From NCBI RefSeq assembly GCF_001194135.2, contig NC_068989.1, forward strand, positions 50,316,521 through 50,352,320: a stretch of 35,800 nucleotides of DNA. The letters run 5' to 3'. This DNA is from Octopus bimaculoides (Eukaryota). The translations under genes were made by a program, and so were the position numbers. Shown piece after piece: positions 10,982 through 22,548 of this stretch. Below the pieces are notes generated by a model. That model ran no database searches, was not told the origin of the DNA, and was given only the letters and a program-made list of their open reading frames with translations. How positions within the stretch are numbered: the first letter of the stretch is position 1; every line of letters starts with the position of its first letter.

Positions 10982-11512
10982 ATTCCCTGATAGAGTACCA
11001 GACAGTAGCACTCATGGCTTCTTATCTTAACTGATTGGAAGTGTTATCATGTACATGATTTGTCTTGATATAATATATGGGTTACAGCAAATATTCAGCT
11101 CAATACCACAGATTTGCTTGTCAGTTGTTTGACCTTAACCAATTGAGCATGTCTCTTAGTGGCTGATGATGCGTGCATCTCTGATCACGAGCAGAAGTAG
11201 TGAAGCAGCATCATAGCCATGTGTTAAGAGGAATTCTTTGGGGGTATGAATGATTCACCTCTGGAAACATGAGTGTTTCGATCAACATCATTAAATAACC
11301 CTTATTCAGGTACTTTTTAATCGGGTCCTGAAGAAAATTCTAACTGGGCCTTAACCGCAAGGTCAGGCGCTGTTTATCTTGATAAACAGTGGTTGTGATG
11401 CATGTGTCTAGTGTACCCTTATCAGATGGATACTCGTGATTGGTATACTGAGCTTCATCTTACCCCGGTGTCACTTTGATGGCATGCACTGCTCTCTCAC
11501 TCAGCAGTAGCA
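10982..11512 (+). mobile_element. Unclassified dispersed repeat family B, copy 2
   Basis: Co-linear with 9140-9698. Starts right after (GAT)12 and ends ..CTCTCACTCAG followed by trinucleotide arrays. Confidence 0.85.
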
Positions 11513-11525
11513 GCAGCAGCAGCAT

Positions 11526-11602
<77 letters not shown>

Positions 11603-11604
11603 AT
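11505..11604. repeat. (CAG)n-(CTA)n-(TAG)n compound microsatellite containing a perfect 68-bp palindrome
   Basis: The (CTA)n run meets its reverse complement (TAG)n with no spacer at CTAG 11567-11570. Confidence 0.97.
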
Positions 11605-12200
11605 TATGCACCTAATATATTCCTGTAGTCATTTGGTACAGAAAGAATATAAAAGCAGTAACGAATGACTGTGTGGTGGCAAAAGCGCTATGCTGGGGCA
11701 TATTACGACAAAGAGGTTCAACATCAACCAAAAGGTGTAATAGAGAACGACCAGTATACGCTATTAGGAGATTTAAATATACAGAGTTATTACGAGCTCC
11801 ATGCAAAGCGACTAGATAATATCGTTTTGGACAAGGGGAAAACAAGGTGCATCATCAGAGATATGGCTATATCTGCAGGCATGAACGTAGGTGGGCAGAG
11901 AATAGTAGAAAATAGGAAAGTACTACGATTTGGCGAGGGAAATACGACTGTGGAGGATTTCTATAAAAGTAATCCCAGTTATCGTAGGTGGCCTAGATAC
12001 TGTCACTAACAGATCTAATTGTGGTCCTTGTTAAGGTTGATGTAACTACAAGAGTGGCATTAATTCAGATATCTGCTCTATTGGGAACAGCAAGGATTAT
12101 AAGAAAAGTCCTCAGTAACGAAGGTAACTAGTTGTGACACGTTATCGAGGACAGTGATTCCGTATGTAAAACATTCGTGCACACCATGAACAATAATAAT
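11602..12200 (+). mobile_element. R4/Dong-clade RLE LINE, 5-prime-truncated fragment 3
   Basis: Reads IMHLIYSCSHLVQKEYK..EVQHQPKGVIENDQYTLLGDLNIQ..HAKRLDNIVLDKGKTRCIIRDMAI..KVIPVIVGGLDTV..ALLGTARIIRKVLS. Ends AACAATAATAAT. Confidence 0.85.
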
Positions 12201-12202
12201 CC

Positions 12203-13460
12203 AGGCCTGCCTATGAGTTTACCAAAACCAAGTTGAAAATAATTCATCTGCTTTATATGGATGACTTCAAGCTATATACAAAAAAAAAAAAAGATTGAAA
12301 AATTCCTGGATTCTTTGATCTAAATAGTCAGAATATTTAGTAAAGATATTGGAATACAGTTTGTGGTAAATAAGTGCATGATACTAATTTCGAAGAGAAG
12401 CCGGAAAATAAACTTTGATGTCATCAAATTACCACAAGGCAATATCATTAGATCGCTGTGGAATAAAAGGATATAAAGATATCGGGGTGCTATAAGACGA
12501 TAGAATAATGTAAGAAGAATTAAGAGAGAAAACATCTAAATAGATAGGAAGAATTATGTAGATATTCGAAACAAAACTTAATGGAGGGAATATCACTAAA
12601 GCGAATAACTTGGGTTTCCTTTCTGGACACTTTCTGAAAGACCGAACTACAGAACTTGAATAGGAGAACTAGAGAGCTGCTGACAATGCACAACGCACAC
12701 CATCCTAAAAGTAATACTGACAAACTCTTCTTACCATAACACGAAGGAATCAGTGAGAGGATTACTAAACGCAGGTGACACCGTTAGCAACGCGATATTT
12801 GGATTGAAAATATATGTTATGCGGATTAAAGAAGGAATACTAACGGTAGCAAGAATTATTGAGACAGTAGGAGAATACAAGGAGAGAAAGAGAAACAATT
12901 CAAAAGACAAATGGAAAGAATTGAAATTACATAGCCAATTTATGCGAGCCCTGAAACGAACGGCCCAAACTGTAATTATAACCGGTCAGAAACAAGCCAT
13001 TAGGGGAAATCTAATAAAAGGCCAAAATCGACAAAACTCAGTCAGTAAATATAAAATCAATCGGGAAAGAAACGAAAGTCGGAACCATCGCTTGTTTGAA
13101 TACAGTATATTAGCACAAAAAGAATATAAGCGCAGGTATCTCTATGTAGATGAAAGAGTACATTGGTATGTTAGCTGAGTGTGTAACTTTAAACTATCAG
13201 GAAAGTGGTATGATCACGAACCGGAGTTTATCATAGAAAATGAATTACAGGATCTTGTGGCATTACCCCATAAAGACTGATCATACTATTGAAGCCAGAA
13301 GACCTGATATGATTATAAGCCGGTAAAAATACATAAAAAGTGCAAGATCATAGATTTTGCAGTGCGCCATGATAACAGATCCGATACCAAAGAAATTAAA
13401 ATAGATGAGAAATGCCAGGATCTAGCCGGAGAGCTGAGGAGAGTGTCGAAGACGAAGACA
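12203..13460 (+). mobile_element. R4/Dong-clade RLE LINE fragment 4 (RT C-terminus through RLE)
   Basis: Reads IHLLYMDDFKLY (YMDD at 12254-12265)..IFSKDIGIQF..KC..FETKLNGGNI..MHNAHHPKS..AQKEYKRR..KWYDHEPE..IKTDHTIEARRPDMII..KCKIIDFAV. Many stops and frameshifts. Confidence 0.9.
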
Positions 13461-13550
13461 ATAACAACGACAACAATTCCGAAATCAACAACAAGGATAA
13501 GAATAATAGTAATGAGATGATTATGATGATGAAAAAGAATTGTTCTACAT

Positions 13551-14050
13551 GGACGCAGGCGTGGCTCTATGGTAAGAAACTGGTTTCCCAACCACATGGT
13601 TCCGGTTCAATCTAGCTGCACGGCACCTTGGGTAAGCGTCTTCTACTATAGTGTCGGGTCGATCAAAGCCTTGCTGGTAGATTTGGCCGACTGAAACTGA
13701 AGCCCGCCGTATATNNNNNNNNNNNNNNNNNNNNNNNNNNNNNNNNNNNNNNNATATATATATTGTGTGTGTGTGCATGTGTGCGTGTGCGTGTGTGTGC
13801 GTGTGTGTGCGTGTGTGTGTCTGTGTGTGTCTGTGTGTATGTGTGTTTGTCCGCCACAACCGATTGACAGATGGTGCCGGTATGTTTATGTCCTCGTAAT
13901 TACTGTTTCGGCAAAACAGAGCTCGATAGAATAAGTACCAGGCTTAAAAGCTGTACAGGGCTCGATTTATTCGACTAAAAATTCTTCAAGGCGGTGGCCA
14001 AGTATGGCTGCAATCTAATTCCTGAAACAAGTAAAAGATAAAAGATAAAA
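13551..14050 (+). mobile_element. tRNA-derived SINE (family C) with internal (TA)/(TG)n linker, containing a 39-N gap (13715-13753)
   Basis: The head has an A-box-like GTGGCTCTATGGTAAG and a B-box-like GGTTCAATC, then CACCTTGGGTAAGCGTCTTCTACTATAG. The 3-prime part is GATAGAATAAGTACCAGGCTT..CTGAAACAAGTAAAAGATAAAAGA. Co-linear with 17380-17858. Confidence 0.85.
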
Positions 14051-14119
14051 AATACAACAACATTTAGTAATTGTGACTCTTCCTAGCTTTCGAAAAAGAT
14101 CAGGAGCTTGTCGGAAATG

Positions 14120-14760
14120 AAGTAAACTTGGAACCTGAATACCCGGTTTTAGCTATGCTTTAGCTATGCTCTTCCATGAGGATTCATTCCGTGATTACCT
14201 TGCGGCCTAGCATTTGCGGCAACTCTGGGCGTTTCAATAGTATGTTATCAAAGGCTAGACAGGATGATGCACAGTGTCCTTTTGATCTGAGCTGTTGAAA
14301 AAGTGGAGACAGTCAAGACGCCACCGAGGTGTTTAAAGAGAATATATCATATTCCTTCTTGAAGATATTTTCGATGTATCTCTTTATGAATGTCGTGTAC
14401 ATTTGACGTGAGGTGTCTATGTTGCATATGGATGAGGTCCATCTGCGCAAAGTTAAGAACGAGTAATCTGCAAATCAATGAGCATTAATAAATATAACAA
14501 CAAGCCGATCACTTAAGCACGACGATAAGGAGCGTTTCGGAACACAAACAAAATTGAAGGCATTCCAGATTCAATAGATTTAATAGATTGTGGTTCAAAG
14601 AGATCCATTAGCAGAGGAAGCGATGGTGCGATCTGACAGCAATGTTCCAATACACGAATAGTGGTAAGCTTAGCAAGAAGAGAAATACACAGGACTCAGT
14701 AATCGTAATGACAATCTGGATCCATTGTGATAGCCTCAAAGTAGTCGCACAGCTTTTCAG
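14120..14760 (-). mobile_element. Possible very degraded LINE RT remnant (CR1/L2/Jockey-like)
   Basis: Only scattered weak motifs on the minus strand (ISLLAKL, LLSDR, SCLSDRLVVIFIN, FADYS, VAS*LSPLF). GC is higher than the flanks. Confidence 0.3.
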
Positions 14761-14873
14761 AAATAGAAACTAAATCTCTCTCAAATGACGTTATAGATGA
14801 AACAAAGCTAACACTCAGATAGTATGTCTACTGTACAAAAACAAAACAAAGAAAGACAAAAAAAAAAAAAAAA

Positions 14874-14908
14874 NNNNNNNNNNNNNNNNNNNNNNNNNNN
14901 NNNNNNNN
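14874..14908. other. Assembly gap (35 N) after poly-A
   Basis: N run. Confidence 0.99.
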
Positions 14909-15179
14909 ACATGAACAAATGTGCAAAAGTTAGAAAATTCAGGTTACCAAAGTAATGAAACATTCTTAAATTTTACAGTGTAACAATTATTTATAGCCGT
15001 TAAATCTACTTCTTTATGATACTGACTTGCAGGTAGGTAAGTCAAGTTGTGGAATGTTATTTTGCGTTATCTATGGACAAAATCATAAATGTATAGCGGT
15101 CATTCGCATTTGTGGATGATTCGGTGCCAAGTACCATGGTTAACTAATTGATTTAGATGTCTATACAGTCACGAGTAAG

Positions 15180-15415
15180 CATATACCTCCTCACAGACCT
15201 TCCACTAGAGACCCTGCTGAAAATCGAGAATGTAGCAGCTGGCGGTGGAGAGAAGAAAATGTATACGTTTGGCTTGTATTCATTTTTCATCTGAATAGGT
15301 TAAAGCAAGGCGAAATGAAGTGCCTTCATCAAAGGTACATTGTCTCGTTCTGTCTAGGAACCAACCCTAATATCATGCAGTCGTGAATCCGACACATTAG
15401 TCATAAGGTAATGCG
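15180..15415 (-). mobile_element. Degenerate tRNA-derived SINE (family D)
   Basis: The reverse complement ..TAATGTGTCGGATTCACGACTG..GGTTGGTTCCTAGAC..TGTACCTTTGATGAAGGCACTTCATTTC resembles a tRNA head followed by the GTGTCCTTGAGCAAGACACTT core seen in many metazoan SINEs. Confidence 0.55.
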
Positions 15416-15682
15416 CCTTAGTGAATGTATCTATATTATCCAACTGTGCACCTGTACTCACCATTACAAACAATATGAATGTGGTGACATATCGACGGTG
15501 ACAAACTGGCAGAACCGTGAGCCTTAGTGAATGCATGCTTTACAGTATTCGTTCCGAGTCTCTAGTTTCTCAAACAACCGAATTGATCTTTGTGTTTCAG
15601 GATCTTTAAACAAACTAGTAACTTAGAACCACGGTTGGTCCTTCTCCCTTTCTTACCATATTTCTTTTCTTCTCTGTATCTT

Positions 15683-15832
<150 letters not shown>

Positions 15833-16148
15833 TGTGCATTAGATATCTAATTGAATTGCCAACATTTGTCATATTGTGTCGTGTTGATTTGACTCAGAAA
15901 GATAATAAACTTTTAAAAGAAATAAAATATTTATTCCAATATATATAATTAATTAACTGATACTGTTTTTCAGAATTATATCAATGAATAAAATGTTTAT
16001 CTGTTACCTTCAGCTGTGGAAATTTACGATTTAAGGGATGGAGATGTAATAAACGGTGACGTTTGAATAAAAACAAAACAATATGAAATAAAAATCAAAA
16101 CGGATTTCCGAAGCTAAAATGATAAATAAATATAAATTCTGAATAATA

Positions 16149-16378
16149 GCCTTTTTGTTAGATGAATGCGCAACCAGAAATTATGAAATAGAATAGCAAC
16201 ATAATCTACCAGAATTTAACGGAAACCAAATTATAGGTTTGCTGTAGCTAAACACAAACTTTCTTATAAACTAGAATTAACGTTCGATATGTTATATCGG
16301 CAGTTACAAATAAAAATACTATATTTTATTTTGAACTTCTCATTATTTATTTTAAATATTGCGGAATAATTTAATAAT
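16149..16378 (+). repeat. Diverged local direct repeat, copy 1 (pairs with 16780-17008)
   Basis: By-eye alignment, e.g. TTAGATGAA..AAATTATGAAATAGAATAGCAACATAATCTACCAGAATTTAACGGAAACCAAATTATAGGTTTG against ATAGATGAA..AAATTATGGAACGGAAAACCAATATAATCTTCAAGAATTTAATGAAAACCCAATATAGATTTG. Roughly two-thirds identity (estimate). Confidence 0.8.
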
Positions 16379-16614
16379 ATAATGAAATAATGAGGCGTGA
16401 AATTTGCTACAGCTTTAAGGGTTTTAGTTGTATGTTACCAAAGATTAGATAGAATGGAGTGCAACGATTACCACTTGATACGAATTGCTGAGTGGGAGGA
16501 GACTGTCATGATTCCGTTCTGCTGATGAACGCGATTTCAAGTAGCAGAATATTTCACTAAGCGATAAAGCGGCATAATCTTTGCAAGACAAAAAATACAC
16601 ATAACACATGCGCA

Positions 16615-16642
16615 CCTCTCTCTCTCTTTTTCTCTTTGTCTC

Positions 16643-16703
<61 letters not shown>

Positions 16704-16712
16704 CACACACAC
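16615..16712. repeat. (CT)n/(CA)n microsatellite
   Basis: Read directly. Lies between the two diverged repeat copies. Confidence 0.95.
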
Positions 16713-16779
16713 AATCAAACAAATTGAGAAATAAAGAATTCCAATGCAACATTTATAAAGTCATCTTTTGAAGAAAAAG

Positions 16780-17008
16780 TCCGTTTTTATAGATGAAATC
16801 TCGAATAAAATTATGGAACGGAAAACCAATATAATCTTCAAGAATTTAATGAAAACCCAATATAGATTTGTTATATCTAAATTGAAGCTCTCTGATAGAA
16901 GAGAATTGTATGCAATAATCTATATATCAGCCTGAAGAATCATCGAACACGAGACATTACTTTGAACTTTAAAGCATTAATTAAAATGTTATGAAATGAT
17001 TTGAAAAC
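16780..17008 (+). repeat. Diverged local direct repeat, copy 2
   Basis: See copy 1 at 16149. Confidence 0.8.
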
Positions 17009-17379
17009 AACTGAGAAGAAACAAAATAAATTTAATATTAATTCAATCATTGAACAAACATATGCTTATAAACATTCAATGCAACAAGTGAGTAAATACC
17101 ATGAAGGAAAATGCATCGGTTTTCACCAACAATCTCACTGAATGTGAATAATTGTAAGAAATAAGGAACATTTCAACTATGTATTAATCTAATCATATAA
17201 AATCCCCTAAACTAGACATAGCAGATTCTTTGAAAGAGACTATGAACTCTTTTAATTTTTATAAGGCTATCTTAATTATGCTAATCATTTTTTTGGTGAT
17301 GATTCTCTTCCGTAAATTTGGTGTTACACAATAATCGGTGCGGAAAATTATAAAATCAGTTACAAAGAAATAAGAGATA

Positions 17380-17858
<479 letters not shown>

Positions 17859-20032
17859 ATCGTTACGAAACGAAATTTTCACTTTGCCTAGCAGTCTTGA
17901 GAAATAAAGGGGATCTGTTTTGTGATTTCCTACATTAGCCAGCTAGACATGTTCAAAGTCGCATTAACCAACTTGGAAAGTTATAGCCCGAGGTGGTCAC
18001 ACACTATAGCAGATTGAGATGGTAGCTCAGAGAAGTATGAAGCGTAACGCTAAAAGCTCAACTTTATGATATTGATGTTGATGATGATGAAGAGGACGAT
18101 GATGATGATGAGGAGGCCGATGGGGAAGGGGATGCGGATGGTCTGACTGGCGATTGTCGTTGACATATTTTGAGAAGTTATATAATTATTACCTCACAGT
18201 TTACAATTAACCACATCACACTGGAGTTTGGATAAAGGGGAAGTACTCTTAAAGCTTACTGGTAGTCAGAGACTGATGAGATTCACACGGTTTGTACTGA
18301 GATTGAACATGTGTGATGTGGAGAGGAAAGTTTACAATTCTGAAGGAAAGAAGATTAAAGCTTGTGAGGTATTGTAAGGTTGAACATGTGTAGGAACTAT
18401 GAAGGTTTTAATTACATTTTATTGAAGAATAGAAAGAATGACGTACAAAATGTTGAGAATAAATTTCCGTGAACCAATTGATTTTATGTGTCCATTTGAA
18501 AATGCTTTCAATATGTCTGATGTTGTATAAATTAGTCTTCTACGTCCGTGTGTAAGAGGACCTTATGCGCTAAGTATTCGGGGAGGAAACTGAATATTAT
18601 CTACATACAAGGGGGCATTTTTGGAGGTATCAGTAAGTGGAGTATTCAAGTACAATGAAAGGGAGACTGAGTTGGAGGAATGTCTATCAGTGGTGGACCC
18701 AACAATGGTGCAATTTGACAGTAATCTTTAAAAACTGGAGAATGGTTTTGAATGGAAAGCTTTGCTAGAAACTATACCTGTCAGTGTTGTTAGGCTCATT
18801 GACGAGGTCCTATGTAACAAGACATGCTAAATATTGCTGTGACTAACCTTCCTCAAATTAAACTTACAGTCTTAAAATAGGAGGAGACTTTCTAAGAATT
18901 ATTCTTATACACCGATTTAGGACGATCACAAAGAAAATTTTAAACATAGGTCTAATTGGTTTAGGGTGGTCCTGAAACAAGAGCATTTAATATCAACGAA
19001 GAACTTTCAATTATTTTATTTATATTTTCTTACCTTCTTCCTTTCTAATTTTCAACGACACCGACCACCACCTAACTCCTTCAATTTTAAACTTTCAATA
19101 AATTCAATACATAGTCAGCTCTTAGTCCACAACCACTGCATCTGCTATTTTCTTTACATTTTTGACATTTCCGCCAATAAAGTGAAAATACGAATTTTGT
19201 ACCTTGAATTTCATTACCAACATCACCACACTGTCATTACTACCTCGCACACACTCAATTAAATTCCCCATCAATTTTATCAATTGTTACCTGATTTCCA
19301 ACTTCCTTGTTTTTGTTTTCTTTCTTTCCTTAGATTTCTACCACTTTCACTCATTAAACATGCATTCCACCGTGGATTTTCTTAATGGCACTGCAGACAA
19401 GTGAAGTGTTTTTCTTATATGTCTTATTTCAAATTAATATGACCTGTCTTCTAAAACATTGATGCAAGTTCTGTAATTAGGGCATCCACATACTTCAGTT
19501 ATTTGATTTGTGTTTTAATGGGAAATATGACGCCGGTAAGTATACATTAAAGCCATTTATGATGTCGTTTACTTTTGGTTATTTCGTGCATTTAGAATGG
19601 CATTTTCTGTCTTACATCTTAACTGAATAATTGCACGTCTCAATGGATAATTTGTATGTTTCTGAATTTCCTAGCCTGTGTGTTGTAATGCAGGATAGTA
19701 TATTAGGTGTATTTGAAATATTTTGTGATCTTCATAATTATTGAATGTTTATTAGCCGGATAGTTTCTATTCTGTTATCGATTAAAGCCATTCAAGTTTT
19801 CTCTCATAGAGTATTTTATTCCTTGGAGTTTATTGCGTTAGAGTGAACAGTATATTTATTTTAACATGTTCTAGGTAGCATAAATTAAACATTAAACATT
19901 GTTTAGTGTCTGTCGGTTGCTAGGTCGTTTCAGTTTTCGAGTATTTCTTTTTGTCATTTTTTCATGATTGAAATATCACTGTATTCTATTCAGAAATTTA
20001 TATTGTCATTAATATTATAAATTGGAGTTACG

Positions 20033-20240
20033 GGAGCGAGCTGGCAGAATCGTTAGTATGCTGGGGAAAATGGTTAGCAGCATTTCGCCTGTCTTTGTGT
20101 TAGTTTAAATTCTACTGAGATCGACTATCCCTTTGAGGGTCAATAAAATGAGTACCACTTGAGCACTGGAGGTCAATGTATTCAGCTTACTCCTTCCCAC
20201 CAAAATTACTGGCATCGTGCTAAAATTTCAAATCAGTATT
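20033..20240 (+). mobile_element. tRNA-derived SINE family A, near full length
   Basis: GGAGCGAGCTGGCAGAATCGTTAG (A-box-like)..GAGATCGACT..AATAAAATGAGTACCAC..ACTGGAGGTCAATGTA..CCCACCAAAATTACTGGCATCGTGC. Homologous to 788-919. Confidence 0.8.
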
Positions 20241-20399
20241 ATTAATTAGGTTCTTGAAATAATTAGATACACTAAGACCGCACATTCACCGAGTGAGTCA
20301 TAAATGAATATCCATTACATCGAGTGTAATGGATATTTGTGGAAGCTGATGTGAATAGTTTTTACATGTACATATTTAGGTACAATATGTTTTATTTTT

Positions 20400-20900
20400 C
20401 ATTGTTAGAAATTGCTTACCATTTCATAGCATGTAGTGTTTATTGTAGTAGGGATGATGTGGCATTTTTGTAGTATTCAAAATCTACAATGCCAAGAACA
20501 CCCCTTTATCTGCTTTAATTACGATGTCATTATTGGTTTCGATTTGGTGCATAATTTCCCATGCTCTTTGACTTATGTTACATTTGGTTTTAGTGTGACA
20601 GTTGGATATAAAGACATAAAATTTCTCTAATGCCTTGTTTCTTATTGTTGTTTGGCAGCAACTGCTTCTATTTCCTGCAGCTGATTGACCACTGTTTTAC
20701 TTTTGAATTGATTCTTCCGTTAGCGTTTAAAATTAATAAGATGTGAAAGATATCGTACTGTGTTTCATTGAAGTTAGTGTATTATGGCATTAAATTCAAA
20801 TTGAACCTTTTGGGGTAACTGAAATTTGTTGTGCTAAGATATTTTGTATGAAAGATATGTTATTTTCGGTTTCTCACATTCGATTTGTATCCTTAGGAAC
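20400..20900 (-). mobile_element. Penelope-like element remnant (region N-terminal to the RT core)
   Basis: Minus strand reads QISVTPKG (like Q.SVL.KGL), RNKALEKF and KCNISQRAWEIMHQIETNNDIVIKADKG, then after a frameshift GVLGIVDFEYYKNATSSLL. This matches the N.DIVIK.ADKGG.VV.D..YY motif of Penelope-like elements. Confidence 0.6.
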
Positions 20901-21351
20901 CTTGAATTATGTTTGAATAGGTTTTAAAAAATCGTTTAAGTTTGCCAATCTGTGTGGGGTCAGAGTGCTACTGGTTCGGTCTGAGATTCTTTGTCGTGTT
21001 GTAATTCATGTTGCCTATTATGGAATTCCCGATTGTGGAAGATATTCTGTATTGAAGAGGTTTTCAATTTTTCTCGTTCGGTTAATACTTTGTTTAAACA
21101 TTACGAACTCAGAGTTACTGTATTCGTATTCTTGATGACTATAAGTTTGAGGTTTTAGCCTCTCCTATACCCTCATCCGTGAGATATATTCGTAGGACTT
21201 TGTGGGTGCCAAACACAGATTTGCTAGATCATATCTACCTTTCTTTACTTCTCTTAAGAGCTCCGGTATCTTCCATGTAGCCAACTGTTCCAAATATCTC
21301 ACTTTTCTGCACCGATATCTCAATATACTCATTGTTATTCAAAAGTCATGA

Positions 21352-21476
21352 CTAGATACTTCAAATTATTTCATCAGATGTCTCGACTGGATACTTCAAA
21401 TTATTTAAACAGATGTAGCCACGGGATACGTAAACGTATTTCATCAGATGTCGCGGCTGGATACTTAGATTATTTT
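21352..21476 (+). repeat. 35-bp minisatellite, about 3.6 diverged copies
   Basis: Units CTAGATACTTCAAATTATTTCATCAGATGTCTCGA, CTGGATACTTCAAATTATTTAAACAGATGTAGCCA, CGGGATACGTAAACGTATTTCATCAGATGTCGCGG and a partial fourth. Confidence 0.9.
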
Positions 21477-22489
21477 TCCTTAAATGCTGAGTAACGAGAT
21501 GACCCTCAACTGCCTATTTTTCTCCATAGTAATCCAAATCCCCACGGCACAGAATCTCTAGATAGCATACCTTTCTTTTTACCATATCTATTTTAGCATT
21601 TGCCGCACACAAGGAAATAGATTTGGACATCGATTATAGATATTGTACGGTATTTAACAGTATCCTAGAAAAAAGGTTGAGTACTGTACCATAACAAGGT
21701 ACTGAACCTCCTTGAATTCGGTCACTAATGTTGAACTCAGTAGTCATCAGGCGTGCTACGCTTATCGGGATTTTGTTCTGATCAAGCTGTGAAGAAACGA
21801 CTTTACTTTATTAGCTTCACATTTGATCTCGCCTCTTCGCTCAACACTAAACTGTTTTGTTCCTAAATCTACATGGGTTGAAAATAAAAACTCTTTGCTC
21901 CATGACAACTTTCATCTACGTATTCCCAACCAATAAACTCTACAAAGAACTACCAGCTTCTTTCTCAGAGAGTCACGAAGCTCTGCTAATCATTCGTCTT
22001 TGTTTTTCACTGCCCTCCTCATGGTGTTATTTCCGACATTTTATCTCCTGCCCCAGTTGTTGCATTTTGGTGGGCCCGTAGATTTATTGCAGCGTTTATT
22101 GTAGTTGTTTTTTTTTTTAGATATATGATACTGAATGCTGCAGGTCCAAAACCGACAAGGTTTATTTATTGTCCATACAACCCAAACAAATTCTCATACG
22201 TACATACACTATACACATATGTACATCCACAACTACACAGACACACGCACACACACGTATGCATTTAATTTGCAAGAATTCTTGATGTGAACTTGTGTTG
22301 AAACACATTTAGTTACATCTCTAGAACGTTATTATGTCGGTAAAAACACATGGTCTGGTTGTCTTTCACTTCTTTTGCTAATATTAGTCAATTAGCAAAA
22401 GGCTTAATGGTGAAAGAAGCGAAATAGAACTAGTGCGTGTGTTTAATTTTGGCATAAATGCCCTTCTCAAAGTACAAAATACATAGAAC

Positions 22490-22492
<3 letters not shown>

Positions 22493-22523
<31 letters not shown>

Positions 22524-22548
22524 TGTCTGTGTGTGTATGTGTATGTGT
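22493..22548. repeat. (CA)n-(TG)n inverted microsatellite
   Basis: Read directly. Centre CACGTG at 22518-22523. Confidence 0.9.

Noticed and set aside
13551-13625. tRNA gene at the SINE heads (also 17380, 20033, 24728, 15330-15415)
   Set aside because: A/B-box-like motifs are present, but there is no intact cloverleaf and each runs into a SINE body.
16790-17090. Protein-kinase N-lobe resemblance (QYRFVISK..ELYAIIYI..EHETLL)
   Set aside because: No GxGxxG or VAIK lysine, several stops, and AT-rich composition explains the similarity.
18064-18165. Acidic peptide YDIDVDDDEEDDDDDEEADGEGDADG
   Set aside because: It is a decayed (GAT)n array with an in-frame stop just upstream and no convincing splice sites.
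18200-18900. Possible minus-strand LINE endonuclease (KVSHSNI, RIVNFP)
   Set aside because: The motifs are too sparse to support a call by eye.
19481-19540. Possible exon GIHILQLFD..|GTAAGT resembling SLC6 transporters
   Set aside because: The match ends after 9 residues, the acceptor is weak and no companion exons were found.
21352-21476. CRISPR-like interpretation of the 35-bp and 32-bp (24329) repeats
   Set aside because: Units are directly tandem with no unique spacers, no cas genes are present, and the context is eukaryotic.
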